From positions 1 through 60,746 of the IMG/VR virus record IMGVR_UViG_3300049491_000195: a stretch of 60,746 nucleotides of DNA. One strand, 5' to 3'. A program made the translations under genes and the position numbers. Positions 17,475 through 26,736 of the stretch are shown piece after piece. This DNA is from a virus. Lineage: Duplodnaviria; Caudoviricetes. The notes below the pieces were generated by a model, which was not told the origin of the DNA, ran no database searches, and saw only the letters and a list, made by a program, of their open reading frames with translations. Position 1 is the first letter of the stretch; every line of letters starts with the position of its first letter.

Positions 17475-20400
17475 TTAACCAGCGACCTTGTATTCAACAA
17501 TAATTTGTGCTGAGCCTACACCGCCTGTTTGACCTGCGACTGTTGCCTGCACAGTAATCGAAGTACCTTCAACAACATAAGTTTCTGCAAGATACAATCC
17601 GGTTGTTTGTGGATCGTTTTCAGCAGTTGTCATGTATTCAGCACCACCCGACTTGCCAATTTGTAATGTCGAGGTTGTGTTAACGACTGTAACATTTACC
17701 TTAACGCGAAGGATTGTTGCACCTGCTGGTAGAGCTGTGCCAATGTTAGTTGATCCGTTAGCACCAAGACTGACTGTAGCCGTAACTGCCTTGATAGCAC
17801 CGGCTGCTGCACCAGAAGCAATTGCATCATCAACATATTGCTTGTTGGTTAGATCCTCTGCAGCCAGGGAAGTTGCATATTCTACTGCTGTTGGCCCGGA
17901 AACTGTAACTTTGTTTCCTGTTCCAGTCGCCAACAACATTGTTGTATCGCCGGAACCGGATTCCAATGTCAATGTTGTGTTACCACGAACTGTCAACGCT
18001 GTTCCACTGTCAGACTGGATCAAACCAGCACCGACCGGACCAATAATAACAGAACCTGTACCATCCGGTAACAATACGATATCACCGTTAGAACCAACTG
18101 CTGTTAGTGTTATGTCATGAGAAGTGGAATCGGTTGTTAATGTCAAACCAGTTGCACCACCGATTGACAATGTATCAACTGGGGAACCCGATGTGAACAC
18201 AAAATCAGATGATGTAGAAATTGGAGATGTTCCATTACCAAACAGAATTTGCCCAGTTGTGAAAGTTGTCTGACCAGTACCACCCTTTGTTACAGGAACT
18301 GTGCCAAGAGTAAATGTTACTTGGTTAGTTGCAACCGCTGTTGTGATTGTGCCATCGCCGTTGAAGTCAAAAGATTCACCAAGTGATACTGGATCAGATC
18401 CTGCATCGCCAGTCATTGTAATTGAACTGTTAACCAACATTGCATTTGTAACGCCAGATGTTGAAATGTCAACGCTGCCTGCCGTCACTGTAAAGGTTGG
18501 GGAAACAAACTTAGCAACACCCTTCTGCGAAGAAGTTGCATCAGCCGCTGTGATTGTTACCGTTTGTGCTGCTACAGAAGTAGAAATACCTTGTACTGAA
18601 GTTCCAATAACTTGCAATGTCTGCCCAAGTGCCAATGTGCTTGTGCCCGAGTCAGCATTCAAACCAACTGTCGAGTTTGTCAACATTGCATTCGAAACTG
18701 CACCGGCTGCAATCTTCAATCCTGTTGAAGTTTGTGCAAGACCGCCTGTAACACCCGATTGCAATTGCAAGTAAAGCTGAGCGCCAGTAGCTGTCGATTG
18801 TGTTGTTCCGTTTGTTGTCAAGAGCAATGCGCCGTTGACTGCATCATACAAGTCGATACCAACTTCGTCCGATGGCAATTGTGTAATACCAGCACCAAGG
18901 TTAACAGAAATTGTGTTACCTGTGATGTCGATACCAGTACCACCAACATATGTGTTAGAACCAGAGAACTGTACCCATGTCTGTGTGGTTGTACCAACAG
19001 TTACAATCGTTGCTGTTTGTGTCCAACCTGTATCAGCGTTAACTGTACCCTGCTGAACGAAAACCGCAGCGGAATCAAGTTCCGACGGGCTGTCTGCATC
19101 AGTTGCACGAGTTGGTGCACCAGAAGCGTTAACAACGTAAATACCGTTTTCTGCACCGGCTGTTTGGTTCTTAATAAGAATGCGGTTACCAGTTGCAAGT
19201 GTAACGCCGTCGATTGTGTCGCCGTTTTCGAATGCTGTTGCTAGTGTACCGTTAACTGTGGTAGCTGCAAGAACTGCTGTCTTCCATGTCAAACCTGCTG
19301 CGGTTGCATCAACATAGGCCTTGTTTGCTGCGTCTGTATCATTTACAGGAGCATCTGGTAATGTGATGTGGGTTCCACCTGACATTGTTAATGAACCGGT
19401 CATTGTGTCGCCAGAAACGTTTACGTATGTAGCATCAACCAACGATGTGATATCAGATGCGACAACGGCTGTGTTACCAGTTACACGGCCAAAACCGTCA
19501 AGTGTTACCTTAACGAAGTTACCAGTTGCTGCTTGAGAAACTGTTGCTAGGTCGATTGAAGTATCAGAAGCAACACCAGAGCCGTTTGTAACAACGATGT
19601 TACCAGCTGTACCAGCAATGGTGCGTGTTGTCCATGTGCTTGTACCTGTACGAACTGCATAACCAGTTGTTGAAAGACCTTCTAGGGCTGCTAGATCATC
19701 TGCCAACACGAATGTTGGGTTACCTGCAATACCTGCCGGGTTGGTAATTGTGATACCGGCTGCTGGAGCAACCAATGTACGGTTTGCAAATACGCCATCT
19801 GCAGTTTCAACTACAAGACCTGTACCAGCCAACGCCGCAAGCGCGTCTAGACCTGCATCCCACGCTTGAACACCGGATGTTGCACCCGGAACAGCCTGTT
19901 GCCAGTTTGAGCCATCGGAATAGATTACCTTTCCCGCACCAGTTTGTGGAAAAATTTCATCTAGAGTGTCTTTTGTTAGAGCGTAGTTAGCAACTTGTTG
20001 AATTGCATTTGTGAAGCTTGTTGGCGAGCTGAATACTGCACCAGTAAATCCGCTCGGAACAAAGTTACCAGACGAATCAACACCAGCACCAAGTGATGCC
20101 TCAATGTTGTCAATTTCTGTTTGTAGTGCTGTTGAAGAACTTAGAACAAACCAAGACGAACCGTTTGCATATTCCATCGCACCGGTTGTTGAGTTATAAC
20201 GGAACGCACCAGCTGTAGCGGCTGGTTGTTGGGCGGTCGTGCCATTTGGCATAACAATTGCGCCAGTACCACTAAGTTGAAATACTCCGGTACCAAAGCG
20301 GCTCAATGAACCTGCATCACCTAGAGTGACAACACCAGAATTCGATGAAAGAACTACGTTGCCTGTGGTAAGTGTTATGTTACCTGACGCAGATGTGATT

Positions 20401-20546
20401 CCTGCTGCTGTTAGGGCTGCATTGGTTGTACCATCTGCTGCCTTAAAGTTGAAAGTACCCGCATTGTTGATAAGTCGCGTACCAGTCTTACCAAACTGTA
20501 CATCAGAACCTACGCCAATGAGGCTGAAATTTTTTACGTTAGCCAT
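17475..20546 (-). CDS. virion structural protein (fibre/decoration-like), 1023 aa
   Basis: Thr/Gly/Ala-rich; DAANKAYVD, RILIKNQT..ENGIY fibre motifs; late promoter. Confidence 0.75.
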   Translation of the reverse strand: MANVKNFSLIGVGSDVQFGKTGTRLINNAGTFNFKAADGTTNAALTAAGITSASGNITLTTGNVVLSSNSGVVTLGDAGSLSRFGTGVFQLSGTGAIVMPNGTTAQQPAATAGAFRYNSTTGAMEYANGSSWFVLSSSTALQTEIDNIEASLGAGVDSSGNFVPSGFTGAVFSSPTSFTNAIQQVANYALTKDTLDEIFPQTGAGKVIYSDGSNWQQAVPGATSGVQAWDAGLDALAALAGTGLVVETADGVFANRTLVAPAAGITITNPAGIAGNPTFVLADDLAALEGLSTTGYAVRTGTSTWTTRTIAGTAGNIVVTNGSGVASDTSIDLATVSQAATGNFVKVTLDGFGRVTGNTAVVASDITSLVDATYVNVSGDTMTGSLTMSGGTHITLPDAPVNDTDAANKAYVDATAAGLTWKTAVLAATTVNGTLATAFENGDTIDGVTLATGNRILIKNQTAGAENGIYVVNASGAPTRATDADSPSELDSAAVFVQQGTVNADTGWTQTATIVTVGTTTQTWVQFSGSNTYVGGTGIDITGNTISVNLGAGITQLPSDEVGIDLYDAVNGALLLTTNGTTQSTATGAQLYLQLQSGVTGGLAQTSTGLKIAAGAVSNAMLTNSTVGLNADSGTSTLALGQTLQVIGTSVQGISTSVAAQTVTITAADATSSQKGVAKFVSPTFTVTAGSVDISTSGVTNAMLVNSSITMTGDAGSDPVSLGESFDFNGDGTITTAVATNQVTFTLGTVPVTKGGTGQTTFTTGQILFGNGTSPISTSSDFVFTSGSPVDTLSIGGATGLTLTTDSTSHDITLTAVGSNGDIVLLPDGTGSVIIGPVGAGLIQSDSGTALTVRGNTTLTLESGSGDTTMLLATGTGNKVTVSGPTAVEYATSLAAEDLTNKQYVDDAIASGAAAGAIKAVTATVSLGANGSTNIGTALPAGATILRVKVNVTVVNTTSTLQIGKSGGAEYMTTAENDPQTTGLYLAETYVVEGTSITVQATVAGQTGGVGSAQIIVEYKVAG

Positions 20547-20610
20547 CTATTTTAATCTCCATATCGGCCGTAAATGGCCTTCAGTACGTTATTTATCCTA
20601 AGTTGTTCTT

Positions 20611-21897
20611 TTAGACGTAAGACACTATGATTTGCGCAGACCCCACAGTTGAGCCTCCCGACACAAAATTTCCTGTTATATCGACGTCCCCTGGTAGTGT
20701 GTCTGTGCCGAAAAGTATGTCAGATAGTGCAGAATATGTGCCTGCAACAGTCAAATCAATTTCACTAATTGTCATCAAGCCAGCAGGGACTGGTGGTGGC
20801 AACGATGGATTGTTAACTGTATATCCGAGTTCTAGTGTTGGTGCTCCATCAAACGGTGTTGTAACCTCAATGGTAATAAGTGTAATACGTCCGCCAGTTG
20901 GTAGAGTTCCAACTGCAAATGGGCTTGGTTCTGTAGGACCAAAGGTAAATTCGAGTGTTGCGGAATCTGAATCTGCGCTGTCTTGGCGTGAAAGTAATGT
21001 CCATCCATTTGATGGTCCAGAAATGGTGTAAATCCACAGGCTCCACTGGTTAACATAATCACCTGCGCCATCGTCGGAGTTGACAACATACGATTGATTA
21101 CCAAGTGTTGGTGTCAATGCATCACGTGCTGCAAGATTGGCAACAACTCTCATTGGTGGATTAATGACAACCCATTGCGAACCGTTCCACTGCAAAATCT
21201 TACCAGCATCTGTGGTATTGTTCAATGTATCTGCGATTGGAGAAACATTAGTTAGGGAGCCGATTGTTCCTGCTGTTGCTACTGGAGCAAGACCCGATAC
21301 TTGTGTGGCTGGAATTGTGGTTGCATAGACAACAGTTGCTGCCAATGCATCCCATTTTAAGATAGCATTTGCAACCGCTGGCTTTGCTGTATCTGACAGT
21401 CCAATTAAAGCATATGAAGCCGATGTTGGTTTGTTAGACAAATCATTAAAATTTCCACTTGTAGCAACCAGAGCAAGACCTGTTATGCTCGCAGCCGGTA
21501 TAGTTGTGGAATATACCAATTGTGTGCCGGTAGCATTCCACAATACGTAGCCATTTGATACTGCTGGTTTAGCAGTATCCGATAATCCGATAAAACTGTA
21601 TGCTGAGCTTGTTGGTGGATTCAACAATGTATTGAAATCCACAAACTGGTTAACCCAGAGTTGATTTAGTGCATTGTAAACCAATGCTTGTCCATTAGGA
21701 ACAAGAACGCTGTCAACAGAATCATCCACGTTGACAAGTTGTCCCAAACGTGTGATGTTTGAAACTACAACTTCTGGATCAACGTTAATGAAAGTCTTTC
21801 GTGTTGAATCATACACAAGTACCTGTCCGTCGATGAGATCCCTCATCGTGAATGTAGGCATGTATTGGTTAATGAGAGCGTTTTGACCTATAATCAT
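20611..21897 (-). CDS. virion structural protein with internal tandem repeat
   Basis: GQVLVYD...W repeats; two ~60-aa LSDTAKPAV repeats; C-terminal domain shared with 17475..20546. Confidence 0.7.
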   Translation of the reverse strand: MIIGQNALINQYMPTFTMRDLIDGQVLVYDSTRKTFINVDPEVVVSNITRLGQLVNVDDSVDSVLVPNGQALVYNALNQLWVNQFVDFNTLLNPPTSSAYSFIGLSDTAKPAVSNGYVLWNATGTQLVYSTTIPAASITGLALVATSGNFNDLSNKPTSASYALIGLSDTAKPAVANAILKWDALAATVVYATTIPATQVSGLAPVATAGTIGSLTNVSPIADTLNNTTDAGKILQWNGSQWVVINPPMRVVANLAARDALTPTLGNQSYVVNSDDGAGDYVNQWSLWIYTISGPSNGWTLLSRQDSADSDSATLEFTFGPTEPSPFAVGTLPTGGRITLITIEVTTPFDGAPTLELGYTVNNPSLPPPVPAGLMTISEIDLTVAGTYSALSDILFGTDTLPGDVDITGNFVSGGSTVGSAQIIVSYV

Positions 21898-21907
21898 TTC
21901 TTAATCC

Positions 21908-22351
21908 TTACAAGCTCAATAACACTGTATCAACCTGACCCCATTGCCATGTAGTCCATTGGGCCTGTGATGGCGGAATAGGTGGTTGAATGTAATCACG
22001 TGTAACTACTGCACGGATGAATACAAAATTTCCAATAAAGGATGTTGCCAACGAACCCGTGTCACCACCATTAGCACCTGTTGGTGCAAGTGGGACCTGT
22101 GGGAATGTTAGAAACGGAGTATTCACATCACCTTCCGGATTGATCTTGATCCAAAACCAATCTTCTGGTTGTGGCTTCAATGCTAGGGTTGCCTGCAATC
22201 CAAAGCCACCAACAAAGTTTTGGTAGATTACCTGAACAGTGTGAATTCCATCAGTATAGCCATAATATGCGTCGCCGCGGACTGGCTCACCGATCACATT
22301 CCATTTTGTGCCGGTGTTAGTCATCATCAAAACTGATTTACGAATTGCCAT
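21908..22351 (-). CDS. probable virion structural protein
   Basis: Beta-rich; lies in a late operon. Confidence 0.6.
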   Translation of the reverse strand: MAIRKSVLMMTNTGTKWNVIGEPVRGDAYYGYTDGIHTVQVIYQNFVGGFGLQATLALKPQPEDWFWIKINPEGDVNTPFLTFPQVPLAPTGANGGDTGSLATSFIGNFVFIRAVVTRDYIQPPIPPSQAQWTTWQWGQVDTVLLSL

Positions 22352-22376
22352 TATTTTTCCTTTCTTTCAGTATTTA

Positions 22377-23753
22377 TCAAGGCTGGCCTTCATAATCTAG
22401 GACTGGTGGAGTAAAGTTTGCTGTCCAACGAGCCATCTTTGAAACACGAACTTCCTCAAGATATCCTTTATATATGTATGCGTTCGCACCATCAGTAGAA
22501 CCTGCACCAATGTAGATAGATGTTGCAGCATTACCATCCCAACTTGTGGCATTGATGGCAAAAGTGGCCGCTGATGTTCCGTTGATATAAAGTGTCAATG
22601 TACTTCCATTTCTCACCAATGCAATGTGATTCCAGGCTTGGTCGGTTATAAGACCGCCGGCCGATTCCATGATTGGCGAAGCATTATTTGCATTGAAATT
22701 AAAGATAGCCATTGTCTTGGTGTTACCAGCACGGTTATAGTAGAATCCCCAGAAATTAGCTGCAAAGCTTCCAAGGAAGTTACTGAGAGGAATATTCAAT
22801 GCTGTATTACTTGTACTGTCGGGCCACATCCAAAAATCATATGTGAAATTATCAGTACCCATTGATGTAGAAGATGAAGACGGTGTCTGAAGCAAATTCG
22901 CAATTGCTCCGGTGAAATTCATACTACTTCCACCAAACTTAAATTGGGTTGTACTAATGGTTGTTGTGGTGCCTGTTCTTGTAATTGTTCTTCCACGAGC
23001 CGAATCGACGAAAACTGTTGATCCGTTGACATTGTCTCCGTGTAATAGAAGAGATGTGGTATAATCAAGTGGATCGTAAAGGCTTCCAAATTTTGTAGCA
23101 CGTGAAATTGTTACCGGGCCGCTAACTGTCGAGACAGTCGCTGCCACAGTTGAAGTATCTGTAGCGTTGCCAACAGTAAGAATAAGAATCTTGGTATTTG
23201 CCACTGCTGTTAATGGTGCTGTCGGCGGCGTGAAATTGGTTGTATAAATTGCGGTACCATTTACATAACGGAATTGAGAAATGTTGCCAACAAAGTTGAT
23301 TGAACCTTCTCCAAACCATCCCACGTTCCATGCATTGTTTAGTGGTGTAATATTTCTAGAAGCAGTATCTGTGCCATTAGCAATACCATTGATATAGAGA
23401 GTGGTAGTAGTTCCAACTCTTGCTACAGCGATATGATATAAGGTATTCACAGCAAGAACAGCCGAAGATGTTATTCTTGCGCCACCGCTGATATCCACCT
23501 GTACATGCCCCGATGCATCGGTATAGCATCCCAACTTCGGGACCGCGCCTGCGCCGTTAGAGCATCCCCAAAAGAAAACACTCACCACAGTTGACGTGAA
23601 GGTGAACCAACCCTCAACTGTAAAATCGGCGTTACCCGGTGCATAATCTGTCGAATTGGCCGGCAAGGTATAATACTGGCCAGCAGTGAAATTCGCTTGA
23701 TATCTACGGGCGGGATCAAGCGTTAATCCGTATCCTGACTGAGCACTTTTCAT
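22377..23753 (-). CDS. tandem LamG/concanavalin-A-like domain protein (receptor-binding/fibre-associated)
   Basis: Two repeats of DFTVEGW...HIAVAR...LYING...G.I.E.R..K.A.YT.NFTPP. Confidence 0.8.
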   Translation of the reverse strand: MKSAQSGYGLTLDPARRYQANFTAGQYYTLPANSTDYAPGNADFTVEGWFTFTSTVVSVFFWGCSNGAGAVPKLGCYTDASGHVQVDISGGARITSSAVLAVNTLYHIAVARVGTTTTLYINGIANGTDTASRNITPLNNAWNVGWFGEGSINFVGNISQFRYVNGTAIYTTNFTPPTAPLTAVANTKILILTVGNATDTSTVAATVSTVSGPVTISRATKFGSLYDPLDYTTSLLLHGDNVNGSTVFVDSARGRTITRTGTTTTISTTQFKFGGSSMNFTGAIANLLQTPSSSSTSMGTDNFTYDFWMWPDSTSNTALNIPLSNFLGSFAANFWGFYYNRAGNTKTMAIFNFNANNASPIMESAGGLITDQAWNHIALVRNGSTLTLYINGTSAATFAINATSWDGNAATSIYIGAGSTDGANAYIYKGYLEEVRVSKMARWTANFTPPVLDYEGQP

Positions 23754-23754
23754 A

Positions 23755-26646
23755 TTAGTAGTTCAATCCAACTACAGCACCATACCAGTTTGTACCACCA
23801 TCCGGCGTTGTCAAAGTAATAATGTCTGTCTTACCAGCTGTTGTGGTTAAAACGGGTGCTGCACCGCCTTGCCACTTTGTTCCTGTCGGCCATGTCATTG
23901 TTCTCGAACCAGTACCGTCCTGTGTTAGGAACAATGTAACTGTATAAACAAGTCCAGATGCCGGAACGTTTGTAAAGGCAAATGATGTTGTATTGGCAGT
24001 GAGTGTAGCACGATACGAATTTACCAATGCACAGTTGATTGACAATGTTGCAGAGAATGTTGTATTAGCTGTATCAGCCCAACCAGTGTTGAATTGCATT
24101 GCACCTGTCGAACCCTTAACTGTGACACGAGTGGTAAGTGCCGAACCGGCACCTGCAGGCGACTGGATAATAACATCTCCAGGAACACCAACTGTAACTG
24201 TTGTACCTGACGCAATAGTGACATTACCGCCTGTTCCTGATGTTGCGCCGTTGGTTGAATTACCACCTCGAATCGTAATATTACCACCGGGGCCTGTTGC
24301 GCCGTTGCCGCCAGCATCGCCACCACGAACAATTACCGCGCCGCCAGCACCTAACGAACTATCGGCATGAATTGTAACTGCACCAGCAGTACCACCAGCC
24401 GCAGCGGTGTCTCCTCCACGAAGAGTTGCTGCACCACCATTGTTTGCGCCGCCACCTGCCGCACCAGATACTAGAATTGCACCACCGGTGGTGGCTCCTG
24501 CACCACCAAGAAGTGTCAATGAGTTACCAGTTCCCGACGATGTTGCACTTGCGCTGATAGTCATTGGTGACGATGAGGCTGTTGTTCCCGAAATACCAGT
24601 GATAGAAGTGGCACTGTTAGTTGTTGTTCCAAGAGTTGTTGCATTGGCAAGAGATGATATTGCAAGTGTTGTCCAGGTTGGTGGAGCATTACCTGCCGAT
24701 GTTAGAACTTGTCCTGAAGTACCAAAGTTAGCACCGGAAAGTCCAAAACCGCCTGCATTTGAGATTCTAAAGCGTTCTACTAGGGTGGTACTTGTGCCTG
24801 TGTGCATTGAAATTAGACCACCTGTAGATCCTGCGCCACCTGTACCACCACGTATGATTGCATCACCGCTCCCACCGCCCGAAGTGGATGCGCCACCACC
24901 TTCGACAATAGCATCACCACCTGCATTTGCACCAGTACCGGTCGAAGCTGTACCACCACGAAGATATGCGTCTCCGGCGTTTGAACCAGTTCCTGCTGTT
25001 GCCTGCCCACCCTGGATGAAGATGTTTCCAGCTGTTCCGCTAGTTCCCGAAACTGCACCACCACGTAATGTCATTGACGCCGCAGTTGATGAAGTAGAAT
25101 TTCCCGGAGACATTGTTACTGTTCCGGCAGTTGTTGCATCAGCAGTTTGAATTACAAGGTTACCACCGCCTGTGCCGTTTTGAATTGTACCGCTGGTTGC
25201 ATTACCGACAGATACTGTTCTTGTTGTGCTGTCGAATGTGAATGTTGTTGTACCAGACAGAACGTTTGAACCGTTACCAAAGCCAACCTGCGTTGCTGTT
25301 AATGATGATCCACTGGACGGAGTAGTCCAGGTTGGTGTTGCACCAGTACCTGCCGATGTTAGAACTTGTCCTGAAGTTCCAGCCGATCCACCGACCTGCA
25401 ATGGAGAACTTGCGCCGGCAAGATTAAGAGCACCAGTCTGAGTTGTTGTACCGGTAACTGCCAGGGACGATAACGTTCCAACAGATGTCAATGATGAAGT
25501 AACGACATTAGATGCGAGTGTTGTTCCAGTTAGTGTACCTGCTGCCGAACCACCTGCTTGCCATGTAGGTGCTGATCCCGATCCATTGGATGTTAATATC
25601 TGACCTGCTGTACCGGTATCAGTTCCGGCCGATCCTACAGACCATGCACCGTTTCCAGTAATGCGGAAACGTTCTGTATTGGTTGTCTTGAAAATAACAA
25701 CACCCTGAGATGCTGTACCAACACCACCAGAAATGTATACGTGTCCTGCATAACCAGTTCCGCTAAATCCAGCACCACCGGAAATGTTTACGTCACCACC
25801 ACCATAACCGCTTGTATTTTCTTGACCCGCTGTAATGACAACATTACCACCGCGACGTGAAGATTGACCACCAAATAGGTTCAAATCCGCACCCGGAGTA
25901 TTGCCGATATATGTAGAAGGATACAATGAGAGTGATAGTCCGCCACCCGATGTAATGACACCAGAAACAGATCCGCCATCTTCGCTAACTTTCAACGTAG
26001 CGGTGCTATCAGTAAATGTGAGTTTTGTGGAACCGGTTAATAGATTTGACCCGGATCCAAATCCAACTTGTGTGGATGCTAGTGTAGGTGTTCCACTAAT
26101 CGGAGATCCTGCTACTGTTGGTGCTACTGCAAAATCAACCACGCCTGTTGCGCGGGATGCGGTAAACACGGTATTCTGTGTAGCACCGTTATCCGCAATT
26201 CGAAGAAGTTGCAAATTAGAACCTGCATTGCTGCCACTTTCCGATGTGCTGTTTGCTCTAAGAATCCAACGATCACTTCCAGATGTTTGATAAGTGAAAT
26301 CTCTGTCGGAAACTGCTTTCGAAATATACAAGCCTTGGTTGAGCAAGGTACTTGTTGACGTTACAGCACCAGTTGATTTATTGATTGTTAGAAACGAGTT
26401 TCCGCCGAATGAGCCAGAATCGTTATACTGGATTGCTGTATCTGAACCGCCCGGTGTTCCTGACAGGTTCTGCCACGCTGCGACAGTTCCATTTGTAACC
26501 AAAGCTTTGCCGGAATTACCGGCTTGTGATGGGAGAAGTGCAGTGATAGCAGCTGAAGCTGACGTCTGTCCTGTACCACCATTTGCAATCGGTAGTGGAC
26601 CACCGTTTGACTGAACGAGAATATTACCTGCAAATTGTACACCCAT
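23755..26646 (-). CDS. glycine-rich tail fibre-like protein
   Basis: LPIANGGTG, GTSGQVLTS repeats, ERFRI motifs, C-terminal QDGTGSRT.TWP...W.GG.AP domain. Confidence 0.75.
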   Translation of the reverse strand: MGVQFAGNILVQSNGGPLPIANGGTGQTSASAAITALLPSQAGNSGKALVTNGTVAAWQNLSGTPGGSDTAIQYNDSGSFGGNSFLTINKSTGAVTSTSTLLNQGLYISKAVSDRDFTYQTSGSDRWILRANSTSESGSNAGSNLQLLRIADNGATQNTVFTASRATGVVDFAVAPTVAGSPISGTPTLASTQVGFGSGSNLLTGSTKLTFTDSTATLKVSEDGGSVSGVITSGGGLSLSLYPSTYIGNTPGADLNLFGGQSSRRGGNVVITAGQENTSGYGGGDVNISGGAGFSGTGYAGHVYISGGVGTASQGVVIFKTTNTERFRITGNGAWSVGSAGTDTGTAGQILTSNGSGSAPTWQAGGSAAGTLTGTTLASNVVTSSLTSVGTLSSLAVTGTTTQTGALNLAGASSPLQVGGSAGTSGQVLTSAGTGATPTWTTPSSGSSLTATQVGFGNGSNVLSGTTTFTFDSTTRTVSVGNATSGTIQNGTGGGNLVIQTADATTAGTVTMSPGNSTSSTAASMTLRGGAVSGTSGTAGNIFIQGGQATAGTGSNAGDAYLRGGTASTGTGANAGGDAIVEGGGASTSGGGSGDAIIRGGTGGAGSTGGLISMHTGTSTTLVERFRISNAGGFGLSGANFGTSGQVLTSAGNAPPTWTTLAISSLANATTLGTTTNSATSITGISGTTASSSPMTISASATSSGTGNSLTLLGGAGATTGGAILVSGAAGGGANNGGAATLRGGDTAAAGGTAGAVTIHADSSLGAGGAVIVRGGDAGGNGATGPGGNITIRGGNSTNGATSGTGGNVTIASGTTVTVGVPGDVIIQSPAGAGSALTTRVTVKGSTGAMQFNTGWADTANTTFSATLSINCALVNSYRATLTANTTSFAFTNVPASGLVYTVTLFLTQDGTGSRTMTWPTGTKWQGGAAPVLTTTAGKTDIITLTTPDGGTNWYGAVVGLNY
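24691..24720. repeat. exact 30-nt direct repeat, copy 1
   Basis: ACCTGCCGATGTTAGAACTTGTCCTGAAGT, identical at 25348-25377. Confidence 0.85.
25348..25377. repeat. exact 30-nt direct repeat, copy 2
   Basis: Identical to 24691-24720; encodes TSGQVLTSAG. Confidence 0.85.
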
Positions 26647-26700
26647 GGGAAATCTCCGATATTTGATTGATAATCATATTTATCAGAAATCTCCAAAAGG

Positions 26701-26720
26701 AAAGGGCCCGAAGGCCCTTT
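26701..26720 (-). terminator. intrinsic terminator after clpA
   Basis: AAAGGGCC-CGAA-GGCCCTTT hairpin (UUCG loop on the minus strand). Confidence 0.8.
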
Positions 26721-26736
26721 GATTAAGTGGGGTGTT

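Noticed and set aside
17632-26614. Many plus-strand Pro/Val/Ala-rich ORFs
   Set aside because: Antisense artefacts of Gly/Thr-rich structural genes
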